Below, one piece after another: positions 40,401-49,549 of a DNA stretch of 64,000 nt. Below the pieces are notes generated by a model that saw only the letters and a list, made by a program, of their open reading frames with translations, did no database searches and was not told the DNA's origin. Position numbers and translations under genes: made by a program. The stretch covers positions 1-64,000 of IMG/VR virus record IMGVR_UViG_3300025151_000018; one strand, 5' to 3'. Origin of the DNA: a virus. The stretch's first letter is position 1; each line of letters opens with the position of its first letter.

Positions 40401-43400
40401 GTGTCAAGGTTCTGTTCAACTATTCCGTTCTTTTGCATATTCGGTGCAGTTAAGCCACCCATACCCCATGTTGTATTTCTAAACGCTTGCACCCGATCAT
40501 GACCGCTTCGCACCAAAATGTTGCCCGGTATTTCATCGGCACTTGGTAATGAAATGCGGAGATTTGGGGATAAACCGCTACCAGCATAAGATGGCTCGGT
40601 AGTTTCTAATCCTGTTTCGGGATCTAAACGATTTGAAGGCATCGTGTAATCTTTAATTACTGTGCCAAACGGAGAACCCCCCTCTAAAATCAAGGCGTTG
40701 CCGTTGTCATCAACGACTTCTAAATTATCCCAAACCCTTTCTTCATTGCTTATTGTTAGACCAGATACCCTCTCTGTGTTGTAATTTCTAACCGTTCTAT
40801 ATCCTCTTGCCATTGTGGTTATATCAGTTGCTGAACCTGCGGTTGCATACTGTGCGATTGCGTTATTCAAATCGGTTGTGCCATTATCTATCTCTGTGAT
40901 TTGTGCCAAATGACTGATAGGTGCGCCACCATGTGCAATTTCATAGATTTCATTTGGCTGATATTCAGCGAACCTTGTGGTCGCTCGCATACCATTTTCA
41001 AACGCTATATCCCATTTGTTTTCTGATGGTGCATAGAATAACTCATCACCGTTGTTTAATTGAACGGCATTGTTAGCCGTCAAGGTGATAGTTGTAGCCG
41101 ATCTTGCTAACTTTTCAGCAGCAGGGATAGTTGTTCCAGCAAAACTAATGAATTGAAATCCATCATCAAACATTTTCCCGTAGCCGTAGTATGTTCCATC
41201 AGAACCATACAAATTAAGCCCAAACCATTGGGTATATGGGCTTGCGTATGCGAATAACTCTTGCGCTGCGGTGGCTTTTGTCGCCATAGCCTCAAAACCA
41301 TGTATGCTTATGGATTTAGCAAAGGTGTTGTCAGGCGTTCCCGTTCCATCAGCAAAGACCTGTGCGGATTCGGGGTCATTCACCCGAACATTGTGTGGTG
41401 CGGGAGAGTTTGCATCAACAAAGGTTAATTTTTGCCCTGCGTCAAAGTCGGCTTGGGTGTAATCAGAATAATTTGATGTTGAGCCATTGAAAAGACCACT
41501 TCCGGGTCTTGAAGAATCGCTTTCCCTTCGGACAAATAGCGCAACCTCTCCACCATCAATAGATTGTCCTGTATTCCCTGCAAACGCATTACCGGGTGTA
41601 TCAAATCTAATTGCTTTGGGAGATAATGTCTTTGCAGCCATTACAAAAGGCGTTGTGGGTATTGTTGGCGCACCACCACTAATATCAACCTTAATTGTAT
41701 TAGCCTCGTTATCAATTTCTGAAATGAATTTGCCCGTTCCTACTCCTATTCCACCGCTAAAATACGCCAATTCATCTCCAACGACTAAGAATCTTGAGGG
41801 TGCGTCATCTAATGTTAATACACCGTCTGTGAAGAAGGTCGCATCATTTGTGCAATTAAGGGCAACACCCGGATGTGAAGTGCTTGTAAATGCGTTTGCA
41901 TCAGTAAAGTCTGGTCTAAGACATTTGACATAAGGTGTTGATGCAACTGTGCCTATTTCCGTATCACCATCAGTTTGATAGTATATCTTATCTCCAAGCA
42001 CGAGTTTTTGTGATGGGTCGCCACTTGTAATCTCAAGGAAACCTGCACCATATTGAACGGCTGACCCGTTCCTTGTGTATGTTAGTCCACACGACCTCAA
42101 TCTCGGTCCGTTTGCCAATATACTGAAATTGTTAGCCGAAGGATTATGCGCTGCGCCATTGGGTGTTAGTTGTTGTAATGTTTGAAATGAAGATACCGTT
42201 CCAACTTCTTGTTTGTTGCTATTGTATATTTTGCTACCTACTTCAAAATTCAAACCAAAGTCTGTATCTGGTGTCAAAACCTTAACAGTAGTAGTAGTGC
42301 CAGCACCTTCATTACCACCCGTAAATACATTAGAACCAGATTGTGATGCACCTTGATCAGAAGTGATAAAGCACCCAGATTCGTATGGCCCCATTCCATC
42401 TAATTCTGTTCCATGTTCAACACTTTCAACAGGCATGAGTTTTGTTGCGTCTGTATATCTGTTTGACTTTTCAGGGGCTACATTACTCATTACGCTCGGT
42501 CCATCAAACACCATATCGGGCGGTGGCATTGGTTGTATTAAGCAAGAGTTTAGTCCTTCAATAGAAAAACGAGAAAAGCCACGATTTTTAGAAAAACTAC
42601 TACCTGTTGTAGCATCTTTCTTTGGCTTGCCCCCTCGTGATTCGTGATTAAGCGCAGGTAATCCCATGTTGCCACCATCCATAGGCTTTGCAGTTAGATA
42701 CCATGTCGGCAAGTCCACACCAAGACCTTGAATGATAGGGCCACCATTTGCTGACCCCCAATAACCACCGTTAGAAGGAACATCACCCTCCCATGATACA
42801 ACTACTGTGTGTTGTTCTTCTGTTTCGTTTTGAATAGTGATGATTTCATTTACCGCAATATCTCCACTACTTGCACTATCCGCAGTAATGGTGAAGTCCA
42901 CAAAATATGTAGCAGATCCTAAGATGTTTTCTCCGACAACCTTGTAGCCATCGTATTCTAACACCCTTACCACAGAGCCATTGTCGTAATGCAATATACC
43001 TTTCTTTGGTATATCAGTTGGGTGATGGTGCAAACAATGACCGCCTGTTGTATTACCAGAATGCGGTGCGCTGAAATCGCTCGCCATCATCAACCTAACA
43101 AAAGGGTGTCCTGTCAATGGATAAGTCCAATCACCGACTCCCGCATTGAGAACAGAATACACTTTACCTTGATAGGTCTTAGCCCCAGACATTTTCACAT
43201 ACCTTGCTTTGAGATACCTGTTTCTCCCATGTAGCCCGATTTGGTGATCTCGGCTTGAGTTAATTGCTGATGCAATCATTCTTGTCGCTTCTTCTGTGCC
43301 TAAATCGTATGTCAAGATAGGCAAAGTCGGAACGGTAATCCTTGATTGAATGTTAGCCTGTGCTGCCCTTTTCAAATCCACGACTACAAAGTTAGTGCCA

Positions 43401-43633
43401 TCGGCAGGTGTAATAGATGTAGCATCACCTGCCTGTGGTGTTCTAATTAGCAGGTGAAAACCTTGCTGGCCTCCACCAGCAGCCCATGTGCTATCAACCG
43501 CATCTTCATAGGCGGTGTCTGGATAGGTAAAGTGCATACTAAAATAGCCACTTTTTGGCTTGCCCTGATCTGTGCCGAGAGCGACATTAGCCGAAGCAAA
43601 TCTTTGTTGAGGGAAAACTGTCTTACTAACCAT
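34460..43633 (-). CDS. Giant tail-tip/adhesin protein (3057 aa) with C-terminal baseplate-hub-like region
   Basis: Uninterrupted ORF; ANHIIIHG...IEPGDIIGVD hub-like segment; repeated small beta modules. Confidence 0.65.
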   Translation of the reverse strand: MVSKTVFPQQRFASANVALGTDQGKPKSGYFSMHFTYPDTAYEDAVDSTWAAGGGQQGFHLLIRTPQAGDATSITPADGTNFVVVDLKRAAQANIQSRITVPTLPILTYDLGTEEATRMIASAINSSRDHQIGLHGRNRYLKARYVKMSGAKTYQGKVYSVLNAGVGDWTYPLTGHPFVRLMMASDFSAPHSGNTTGGHCLHHHPTDIPKKGILHYDNGSVVRVLEYDGYKVVGENILGSATYFVDFTITADSASSGDIAVNEIITIQNETEEQHTVVVSWEGDVPSNGGYWGSANGGPIIQGLGVDLPTWYLTAKPMDGGNMGLPALNHESRGGKPKKDATTGSSFSKNRGFSRFSIEGLNSCLIQPMPPPDMVFDGPSVMSNVAPEKSNRYTDATKLMPVESVEHGTELDGMGPYESGCFITSDQGASQSGSNVFTGGNEGAGTTTTVKVLTPDTDFGLNFEVGSKIYNSNKQEVGTVSSFQTLQQLTPNGAAHNPSANNFSILANGPRLRSCGLTYTRNGSAVQYGAGFLEITSGDPSQKLVLGDKIYYQTDGDTEIGTVASTPYVKCLRPDFTDANAFTSTSHPGVALNCTNDATFFTDGVLTLDDAPSRFLVVGDELAYFSGGIGVGTGKFISEIDNEANTIKVDISGGAPTIPTTPFVMAAKTLSPKAIRFDTPGNAFAGNTGQSIDGGEVALFVRRESDSSRPGSGLFNGSTSNYSDYTQADFDAGQKLTFVDANSPAPHNVRVNDPESAQVFADGTGTPDNTFAKSISIHGFEAMATKATAAQELFAYASPYTQWFGLNLYGSDGTYYGYGKMFDDGFQFISFAGTTIPAAEKLARSATTITLTANNAVQLNNGDELFYAPSENKWDIAFENGMRATTRFAEYQPNEIYEIAHGGAPISHLAQITEIDNGTTDLNNAIAQYATAGSATDITTMARGYRTVRNYNTERVSGLTISNEERVWDNLEVVDDNGNALILEGGSPFGTVIKDYTMPSNRLDPETGLETTEPSYAGSGLSPNLRISLPSADEIPGNILVRSGHDRVQAFRNTTWGMGGLTAPNMQKNGIVEQNLDTTLDSNPGEATQFDTHDRVLHFHPVRILHDTLESQFGLDLNNTVGSVPSGTTRLFAAHRLSDHVERGSVLTETTNGMPSATIIPHHRIRFGRQGHSFVSPMTMRGTPKSLRRQLHRSHGSAYSLMFEAETEHKHWGFQNLEPSQTTTRYYLDTLETKLNAYNHSTGSFSADGFPCEEVAYGSNAFHHEFYSGRPRQEPEILFAPGQEHTMPFGSYEQSHFVDADATTYKPSLLGMDDVATYSTPLSGHGAPVAFDLASNKIVNGAYNAGEEFAINGFFIGQYKLMGGRPYPTQYLGTITAAHTYLATKGMPQGWTQPRVATELATTPPLLSHDPQLTNKASAPKPIHGGALSAASDFEGSPLLMPNKDLALAKAEDTNSNAMPDAFLCTWLAEYSHPALLGTSREQYMTMRYRASGMPGATNYPATKDLLLRNAKVSHTTIGYSDGDEKSLPFERMYVFQWLQQYGYNGLNAGGHGTTHGLRAAGSVLMGHTTVREAHGTLRLPSKYQIPLLGIPIERLSRGEGIGDGLTPTVGYEEVVLHQNASNRIYDMIYTITSPMSAIDFSRRLPVRAWGMRGASDALNMLAGDPAQSAASNTAQQAITRSARFDGGVHDTMQKLPTIDDGADWLWPRGYAGVERTTPVGMVLTSHSAGEDYLRLSNEPWAKGEKEVGMGRVLQDESIGLVSHKAMPAGVVESVKTDFTSISPTETNAPLLTAKTLNKGSDPIVDLNHHTGDAVKAKDSVDALTQTTQFSASPATNFIHQKGNNLHLNAHPVDVFTGTTLPSSTNTDFIHDDRQHHFPSHGWGREIDMKDTTSATVRGVFPIPLSEIADHRQVQSDMSPRLGLITEPHSMKRTGQEKEYIITSTKAASLHTDLIVGQQFPVLPSYVSKYRKTKFNESRKPYDAVATTATDVYGTSISDQPYGRNLINQPVHKPIFNLHTTSSHGALAGGEVSKMLNNPDYTMIDTWAVRGSGDLPAWGGVFILRKTYLNRDDYDSQALSQHHSFDPLSSEAGQNVRKYVDYVVRAVRPLKITAFSGGQSNSIQHPDGWLLGPNAKVGNAGHFHRDNRYGIFELNEERTSPMIPISSLNSGGVRIDWPDANNRDVVWHLIPSANMLQHFKSDASRTDGQGIIHADTDARYSQSTHPGGGEEVSQSEANHAEITRPFAMAAKNNVAIKKQTPTALTVLGVSSKIVKSAPQPPLSPFGGYIEVEDTSGFPPSGTLIVIGKSGQFTYSNKTRTTFYLNPSAPPATGDLSLDTDLVGMTVRPGKNMGTGVSIYAGATVAAGSTDTLTGVGANWSSGSGTPNVGQQFPSEVFSIGEVIRTRNGVVGTIVAFPSPTSIRFSATVLIEIAQDTMLRGTDNTYKSTKNNIHSVSQKLVIVPSLVDNAMTVASYHTDKWDGTSPNDSVEYAPNISYRGLGHYDPSDFSMLSAQRYTITDGETGGSLSYINKPGTGGLNEVYVDGNTIKDATTPHYLYDGKNKKWRIAGKDKNNNLIFRNLQQNTLSNSGMTIEGIRLGHNISVGVRTTDAALMLLNDITHNISGADLVNYETYKEAVEVIHPDPIFISMGFEPYGKTSLLSMLGGHPSLHNTMQHSDSFVNRTGKGLFIMDLLRHFSQMDGRQLVIGDGGVLLYTEEAFSLSDRRVGSSSAPQLIEVSAMMERANHIIIHGDTVAENETVIAEVKDMEHIKKMGGKGGEGLERTLIQTLPGLKSKKEGLKLAKRLMRRTEQGSSILRVEGLAKAQDIEPGDIIGVDFVMEGIKGEFAVFETYTNFTTGLTNLVIGQYDKGIEGLIADLQSASAETSSTDATTLEDLIDLIFSAPVRVLASSRVVVRMNNNSSMALGAGWRTNATTNLGRPLGNIGVSGGRTGVYSTADHPAGSTTTIAVGTLDSRYRIANGDSIEVRVAATTSSGAATDYDQWLHVGVVGPGALSANTITLIANNAVLVPNGAEIRVIHKRGQPVGQSKSVFYGVS

Positions 43634-46600
43634 TCAAACCCCCCAATTTTTCTGTCCTATTGTCATGGCTTCTTCAACCGATAGAGCCTTCACCCATAAT
43701 CCTAACTCTGCTAACTGCCCCTTGAAATAGGTTCTTGCACGAGATGTTAATGAACCAGCCGTCTGTGAACCACCTTGACTGTTTAGATTGTTGTTGCCGT
43801 ATTGTAATTGTGCAACAGTCCAAAAACCTCCCTGTATTGTAGTGTTATCCGCCAATTCTTTGATTGAACCCCATAGGCCACTTGGTGATATTACCATTGG
43901 CACACCATGCAGGGCAGCACCGATTACAATTTGCCCTTGATACCTACCATAATATGTGCTTCCACTTGCTAACGGATTTGCATTCGTTCCTGTTCCAAGA
44001 CCTTTAGCGAGTCTTGGCATTCCTACTTGACCCCCCAAATATGTTGCATCATTGTTAAGTGGGTATGTGTTAAACGATCCACCGTATAGATAATCACCTG
44101 CGGTTTCTGTGTTTGGCATAGGCACACCATTGTCATAGATAATAGGTGTTCCATCAAGTGGTTTAACCACAGTAATTTGCCTCCAAGCATCTTTTACTGC
44201 CACACCATTCGCCCATGTCGCATGATATTCTCCTGACGCAGCACTATTCTTATGATGGACTACAATTCTATAATCAAATTGTGCATTAGCATCACCAACT
44301 GCCGTCATACCATATTGCCTTGATAAAATTGACACACCCCAAGGTGCGCCATTGTTGTCAATACCATGCAATACAGGCCCGTTTCCATATCCCGATAGTT
44401 GCCATGTGGTATCGGTTGCGTTTGATGGTTTGAAACAGAAGGTGATACTCCAAGGCCCTTGAGCAAGAATATCCCCTGCTCTTGGGGGTATAGTCGGAAC
44501 AGGGTATGACATGGCAGAGGACTTTGTTGGTATTTTTGATAGCGATATTGCCTTATGACCCGAACCGCCCATATCCCAATGAATACCTCTTGCTGATATG
44601 TCGCCTTCTGGCTCTGTTCCAGAGCCTTTGTATAGTGGCTTACCAACTGCCGATGCCTCATTATCCCCTAATAGTATAGAAAAACCTAATGTGCCATTAT
44701 TGAGCAAATCATTTGTAAAATCACCAATCATACCCAATTGCAATCCATATTTGTTTTCAACAGGGCGCATCACAGGTAAAGAACCGGGTGGATCATCTCC
44801 ATAATCAGGCCCACCGTTGCCATCGGGGTCGCCAATGTATGGCAATCCATCATTGTTGAAACGGACATAGGCAATACAATCATCATCTTTGTAGTGCATT
44901 CCCGCATAGGAGTTTGCCTTCGCAGTATCTTGATTGTTTAATTTTGTGAAGTCTAAAACTGCTGCTGATTTTTGTATTTCCTCAACATTTTGCAACCCGC
45001 TATATCCTGTTGGCCCTTTAGAATAATGGTGTGTATAGAAGTCAGAATAATCATTGTCTGTTCCATCACTAACATCAAATGTGATACCTGTATGTCCTCC
45101 ACCAAAGAATAAGATGCCATGAGCGTCAATCATTGGCGATAGTAGTTGGATTTCAACACGCTGATACCTACCATCTTTGTCATAAAACAAATCCTTGAAT
45201 TTTTCTTTGAGTTTTGAGTCATAAGGCTGAACATCCTCTAACGCAGCACAAGCACCCGGTCCAGATACTTTGCAAAATGGTGCGCTAAATGTGCTTACGC
45301 CACCAAAAGTTGCAAGGTGCTTGCCATCAACAAGAATTAGTCCACGCCTATCAAATTGGTTAATGTGGTTCGCTCGGTTCAGCATTTCTAAAATATCCCT
45401 ATCCACCCAAAGCGTAGCCTGTGTATCAGGATCGTAGTCTGGTAGTAATTCAGCCGATGCAGTTGGATTTATTGCATTGTATCTTGGGTTCTTTACTGTA
45501 AAGAATGTCAATTCTTGCCCTATTCCCTCATACAACCGTAGTTTGTTGTCTTGCGTTTCAACAGAACCAACAACCGCACCTGTAAATGTGGTAATAGGAA
45601 CATGAGTTTCACCGTCAGCACCTATTGGTAGTGGTGCAGGGAATGAATTGATTTGATAGGAACGGCTATTTGTAGTCAGCAGCCCACCGCTACCAATTGC
45701 CTGTTGCGGTCTATACCCATAGGGGCTATTGTTGTTGAACCATATAGCGAAGTTTCGTGATGAAGCACCGGGTATTGTGCTATGAATAACGATAGTCATT
45801 CCCGATTCACCATCTCTGCTTTCCACTTCTTTACCCTCAAATGCTCTAACATAGCCCATGTGTGAACCTGTATCTGTGCTTGATGTAGCATAGAAATCAT
45901 CATTTGGCATGGCACTATACGATTGAGCAAATAGTGCAGGTGGATTGAAAGCACTACCTCCATTTGTGTTAGTAGCATTAGGGTGCGCTGCTTGATTGAT
46001 TAGCCTAATGACTTCATTTATGCCTTGATTGAAATCATCAACATTTGTTGCTACTTCACCAAAGTTAATGTGCATTTTTTGCACATGGTCTAAAGTTAGG
46101 TTATCGTTCTTCTTGCCCTTTAGACCAAGATAACTCGGTATCAATTCAATGGGCGGTCTTAATGGCATATCGTCAGCACCGTAGTAGTAGTGCATAGGGT
46201 CTAACTGCATACCCTCCATGCTCGGCCCATCTTTGATTAGTATTGTATTAGAGTCTTTAGGATCGAGCATGACTCTGGCTTTGCCATCGTTGCCAAGCCT
46301 CATGCCAAATAACATCTCAACACTTCTCCCAATTTTCTTCACCAAAGACAGAGCATCGGTTGTGCCAACATCAAATCTCAAATCATCTAAATTCCATGCC
46401 GTTTGCGCCCCTGTTTGAAATGAAGCACCTGTCAGCCACCCGCCCATGACAACAGGCAATCCACTTGAAATGAAATGACCGACAAAGTTTGATTGCGTTG
46501 GATCGGCTGATGATGTATTGTCTAATGGATTGTGAAATGCACCATAATAGAGTCTGTGTGAATTACCAACAATAGCAACCTTGTGTATGAAAAGGCGTAT

Positions 46601-49549
46601 GCCCCAATCACCGAGTATTCCTTCGCCTACGGTCACAATAAACCCTTTACCATCTGGTTCAGGAACGAGAGATGGGTTCTGTGTCAAAGTCCATTCGGCA
46701 TCACCACCATTGTATTCCAAGCCCCCTGCGACCTGCAACGGGTCTTGAAATGCGGGTGATGTGATTGAATAAGAACCGCCTCCTGTCGGTGTTGTGTATT
46801 TTTGACCGCCTTCTTGAATAAACGGCAAGACACTATCAACTTCAATATAGGAAAGGCCGTTTTGCCAATCTGTAATGTTTGCAGATCCAGCAGCCACAGT
46901 TGATTCGGTTGCCGACCAAGACGCTGACGGTTTAGTGTATGTTGCTGCGTTTTCTCTAAAGCATCTAAATGCCTTGATGCCCTTGTTTGTCTGTGCAATG
47001 TAATCATTAACTCTAATTGCCGATATATTGGAGTCAAGCCCCCAATCTATCGCATATTTACTCTCTTGATGTTGCATCTGTGGGCGATTAGCAGCCGTCA
47101 TAGTAGCATCAATAACCATCTCAAGTGCATTTGAAGCAGGGAGAGGGCTATTCTTGTTTTTACTACTAATCAACCGTTTTTGTGTATCAAAAAACATAGA
47201 TGGGAATATGGGAATCTCAACCAATGCACGAGTTGAGGCATAATAGGTTGAAGTTTGCTTGTCATTTCTAACCGATGGGTTGTTTGCGCTCATTATCACA
47301 TCTTTCCAACCAGAAAGGTGCGGGTTTTCCTTGCGTATGGCTTTAATGTCAATGCCACCTTGCCCTAAACCACCCATTGTTAGGCTAACAACAGGGCTAC
47401 CTATGTCGCCAATCTCTTTCATTGGTGAACCTTCGGCTAAATTGAAATCACGATTAGAAACAGAGTCAGCAATATCTCTAACCAGAGATCTGCCACGCAA
47501 TAAGACACCATTTACCTCTCCTTCTTCACCGCCTGTCGGCACTATTTCCTCAACTCTGCCACGCAACATCATCAATTCAACATTACAACGGTGATATTTT
47601 GTTGGTTCATCTTCCTTAGATTTCAATGTTGATAGTGTGTTGGTTCGGCTTCTTTGTTTAGGGTGAATTAGTAGTAAATGTCTGTCATTCATCACCAAAT
47701 TGTCAATAACATCAAACTGTTCTAACACAACAGGCTCAACATTCGGCAATGTTTTTCTAACAGGTTGCCCCCATTGATTATCCACCATTGTCGGTGTTGT
47801 TGCCTTTCCTTCTTTCTGTTTGATGTCAATACTTAGAGTATGATATGCCCCTTCACTTTGCTTAACGGGGCTTCTGGTGTTAGATAGTGCAATTGGCAAC
47901 CCCATAGGTCGGTTGCTTTCAAGTCCTTCTCCTGTGTATGATGCCAATTGACCTCCAAATGCAACCCCTCTTGGTGTTGATTCTATGTTAATGAATGGTG
48001 ATTGTGTAGTTTCTCCTGTTGGGTTGATTAGCAACTCGTTTGATTGTATTGGCTTGTTTATGTCCTTTGTTGGTATAGAAATAAGACCACCGGGTGCGTT
48101 AATCTTCAACGGTGAAGGCTGCGCCCCCGGTAAGGCTGAATTTCCGTATGGCTTTCTTAACCAATCCGCCAAACTTCTTAGCGTTCCGTCTGGATCATAA
48201 TAGAATGTATTTGCATCGGGCATTGTCTTTTCAACTACAAGCCACCCAGACCCATCAAACTCCCATTGTTCGGAGTTTGGACTATTAAAAGACATTTCAG
48301 ACCATTTGTTCTGTGCAGTATCTGTTAAACCATCATGGCTTCCTACACCAGACCCTTTTCTTGTTCCGCCCATCACTTCTCCTGTTAAGTCAATGGCATT
48401 GTAATAGACTAAAACCTTAGACGGACCACCTGCTTGTTGAAGAATAAACGGTGTTTCTATGGTGGCAATTCTGGATTCTTTTTCGGGAGATAAATGTCTA
48501 ATGTAATTCCTGTTGGTGGGTCTAATGCCATTTGTATAATCAAAATGGGCTTCATGCTCTAAATCCAATCCTTTAAGCGCAAACGGTCTAATGTCATCAA
48601 CCCTAATTGATATTATCGTTTCAGCCATAGAACCATCATTGTCAGCAAGAATAACTTTACTGTATGATTTGCCCTGTTGAGATATGATTGCACTTACCTT
48701 ATTTGTAGTCGCCAAATCTTCATATTGACTAATTGTTGATTGTGTTATGGTTTGTAGCCCTTCTCCTTGATACACCGTTTGAGTTATGTCGGCTTTATCA
48801 TTAGTTTCAACCAAACTCCCTACTCCCATATCCTCAAACTTAGCCTCAAACCGATCAGAAATACCTTGCACCGTTTTTGATACATTACTCTCTATTGGGT
48901 TTGGTAATTTTTTGAGGAAGAAGTGTCCTTCAACCTTATTGTATGATGTGAAACCGCACATTGAGGGGTATATTGTATCTGGCTCAAGTAGCATATTTTG
49001 ATTAGCATACGCATTCATTCCAACATAAGATGCTTGTGGGCCTGTTCCCGGTGCAGGGCCAGCAGGTGCGCCACCACCACCACCGCCACCACTTGGAGTA
49101 TATACTCCCGTATTGATTGCAATATCAAATTCATTTGCAGTAAATCCAAATATCTGTTCTAAATGCGCTACATTCCAATTGGCTTTACTAACACAACCTG
49201 TTCCACCCCACCATGTTGGATCCCAAGCCTGTCCTGTTGAAGCATAATTTACTTCATCGGGCTGACATAGGAATGAAGATTGCCCTATACAATATCTTTC
49301 AATGAACATTTGGATTTGACCCGGTGGCAATCCCAAGCCATTAAACATATACGCAATCATTGCCCCTATACAATCTCCCAACTCTTGCCAAGTGTTAGTA
49401 ATGTGAGGATGTCCTATTGCGTTCCAATCAATTGGTGTGGCATAACCAGAACCTACAAACAAAAAGGCTCTGGGGGCGTAATCTATTTGCATTTGAAATG
49501 CAGTTGGCCCTATCGCAATCAATTCAGCCTCGGTAATAGCCGACATCAA
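43634..49549 (-). CDS. Large tail protein (1971 aa) with C-terminal LamG/concanavalin-like domain
   Basis: WSITFCFKP...WRQITVV...IYDNG...FKGQLAELGLWVKALS. Confidence 0.65.
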   Translation of the reverse strand: MMSAITEAELIAIGPTAFQMQIDYAPRAFLFVGSGYATPIDWNAIGHPHITNTWQELGDCIGAMIAYMFNGLGLPPGQIQMFIERYCIGQSSFLCQPDEVNYASTGQAWDPTWWGGTGCVSKANWNVAHLEQIFGFTANEFDIAINTGVYTPSGGGGGGGAPAGPAPGTGPQASYVGMNAYANQNMLLEPDTIYPSMCGFTSYNKVEGHFFLKKLPNPIESNVSKTVQGISDRFEAKFEDMGVGSLVETNDKADITQTVYQGEGLQTITQSTISQYEDLATTNKVSAIISQQGKSYSKVILADNDGSMAETIISIRVDDIRPFALKGLDLEHEAHFDYTNGIRPTNRNYIRHLSPEKESRIATIETPFILQQAGGPSKVLVYYNAIDLTGEVMGGTRKGSGVGSHDGLTDTAQNKWSEMSFNSPNSEQWEFDGSGWLVVEKTMPDANTFYYDPDGTLRSLADWLRKPYGNSALPGAQPSPLKINAPGGLISIPTKDINKPIQSNELLINPTGETTQSPFINIESTPRGVAFGGQLASYTGEGLESNRPMGLPIALSNTRSPVKQSEGAYHTLSIDIKQKEGKATTPTMVDNQWGQPVRKTLPNVEPVVLEQFDVIDNLVMNDRHLLLIHPKQRSRTNTLSTLKSKEDEPTKYHRCNVELMMLRGRVEEIVPTGGEEGEVNGVLLRGRSLVRDIADSVSNRDFNLAEGSPMKEIGDIGSPVVSLTMGGLGQGGIDIKAIRKENPHLSGWKDVIMSANNPSVRNDKQTSTYYASTRALVEIPIFPSMFFDTQKRLISSKNKNSPLPASNALEMVIDATMTAANRPQMQHQESKYAIDWGLDSNISAIRVNDYIAQTNKGIKAFRCFRENAATYTKPSASWSATESTVAAGSANITDWQNGLSYIEVDSVLPFIQEGGQKYTTPTGGGSYSITSPAFQDPLQVAGGLEYNGGDAEWTLTQNPSLVPEPDGKGFIVTVGEGILGDWGIRLFIHKVAIVGNSHRLYYGAFHNPLDNTSSADPTQSNFVGHFISSGLPVVMGGWLTGASFQTGAQTAWNLDDLRFDVGTTDALSLVKKIGRSVEMLFGMRLGNDGKARVMLDPKDSNTILIKDGPSMEGMQLDPMHYYYGADDMPLRPPIELIPSYLGLKGKKNDNLTLDHVQKMHINFGEVATNVDDFNQGINEVIRLINQAAHPNATNTNGGSAFNPPALFAQSYSAMPNDDFYATSSTDTGSHMGYVRAFEGKEVESRDGESGMTIVIHSTIPGASSRNFAIWFNNNSPYGYRPQQAIGSGGLLTTNSRSYQINSFPAPLPIGADGETHVPITTFTGAVVGSVETQDNKLRLYEGIGQELTFFTVKNPRYNAINPTASAELLPDYDPDTQATLWVDRDILEMLNRANHINQFDRRGLILVDGKHLATFGGVSTFSAPFCKVSGPGACAALEDVQPYDSKLKEKFKDLFYDKDGRYQRVEIQLLSPMIDAHGILFFGGGHTGITFDVSDGTDNDYSDFYTHHYSKGPTGYSGLQNVEEIQKSAAVLDFTKLNNQDTAKANSYAGMHYKDDDCIAYVRFNNDGLPYIGDPDGNGGPDYGDDPPGSLPVMRPVENKYGLQLGMIGDFTNDLLNNGTLGFSILLGDNEASAVGKPLYKGSGTEPEGDISARGIHWDMGGSGHKAISLSKIPTKSSAMSYPVPTIPPRAGDILAQGPWSITFCFKPSNATDTTWQLSGYGNGPVLHGIDNNGAPWGVSILSRQYGMTAVGDANAQFDYRIVVHHKNSAASGEYHATWANGVAVKDAWRQITVVKPLDGTPIIYDNGVPMPNTETAGDYLYGGSFNTYPLNNDATYLGGQVGMPRLAKGLGTGTNANPLASGSTYYGRYQGQIVIGAALHGVPMVISPSGLWGSIKELADNTTIQGGFWTVAQLQYGNNNLNSQGGSQTAGSLTSRARTYFKGQLAELGLWVKALSVEEAMTIGQKNWGV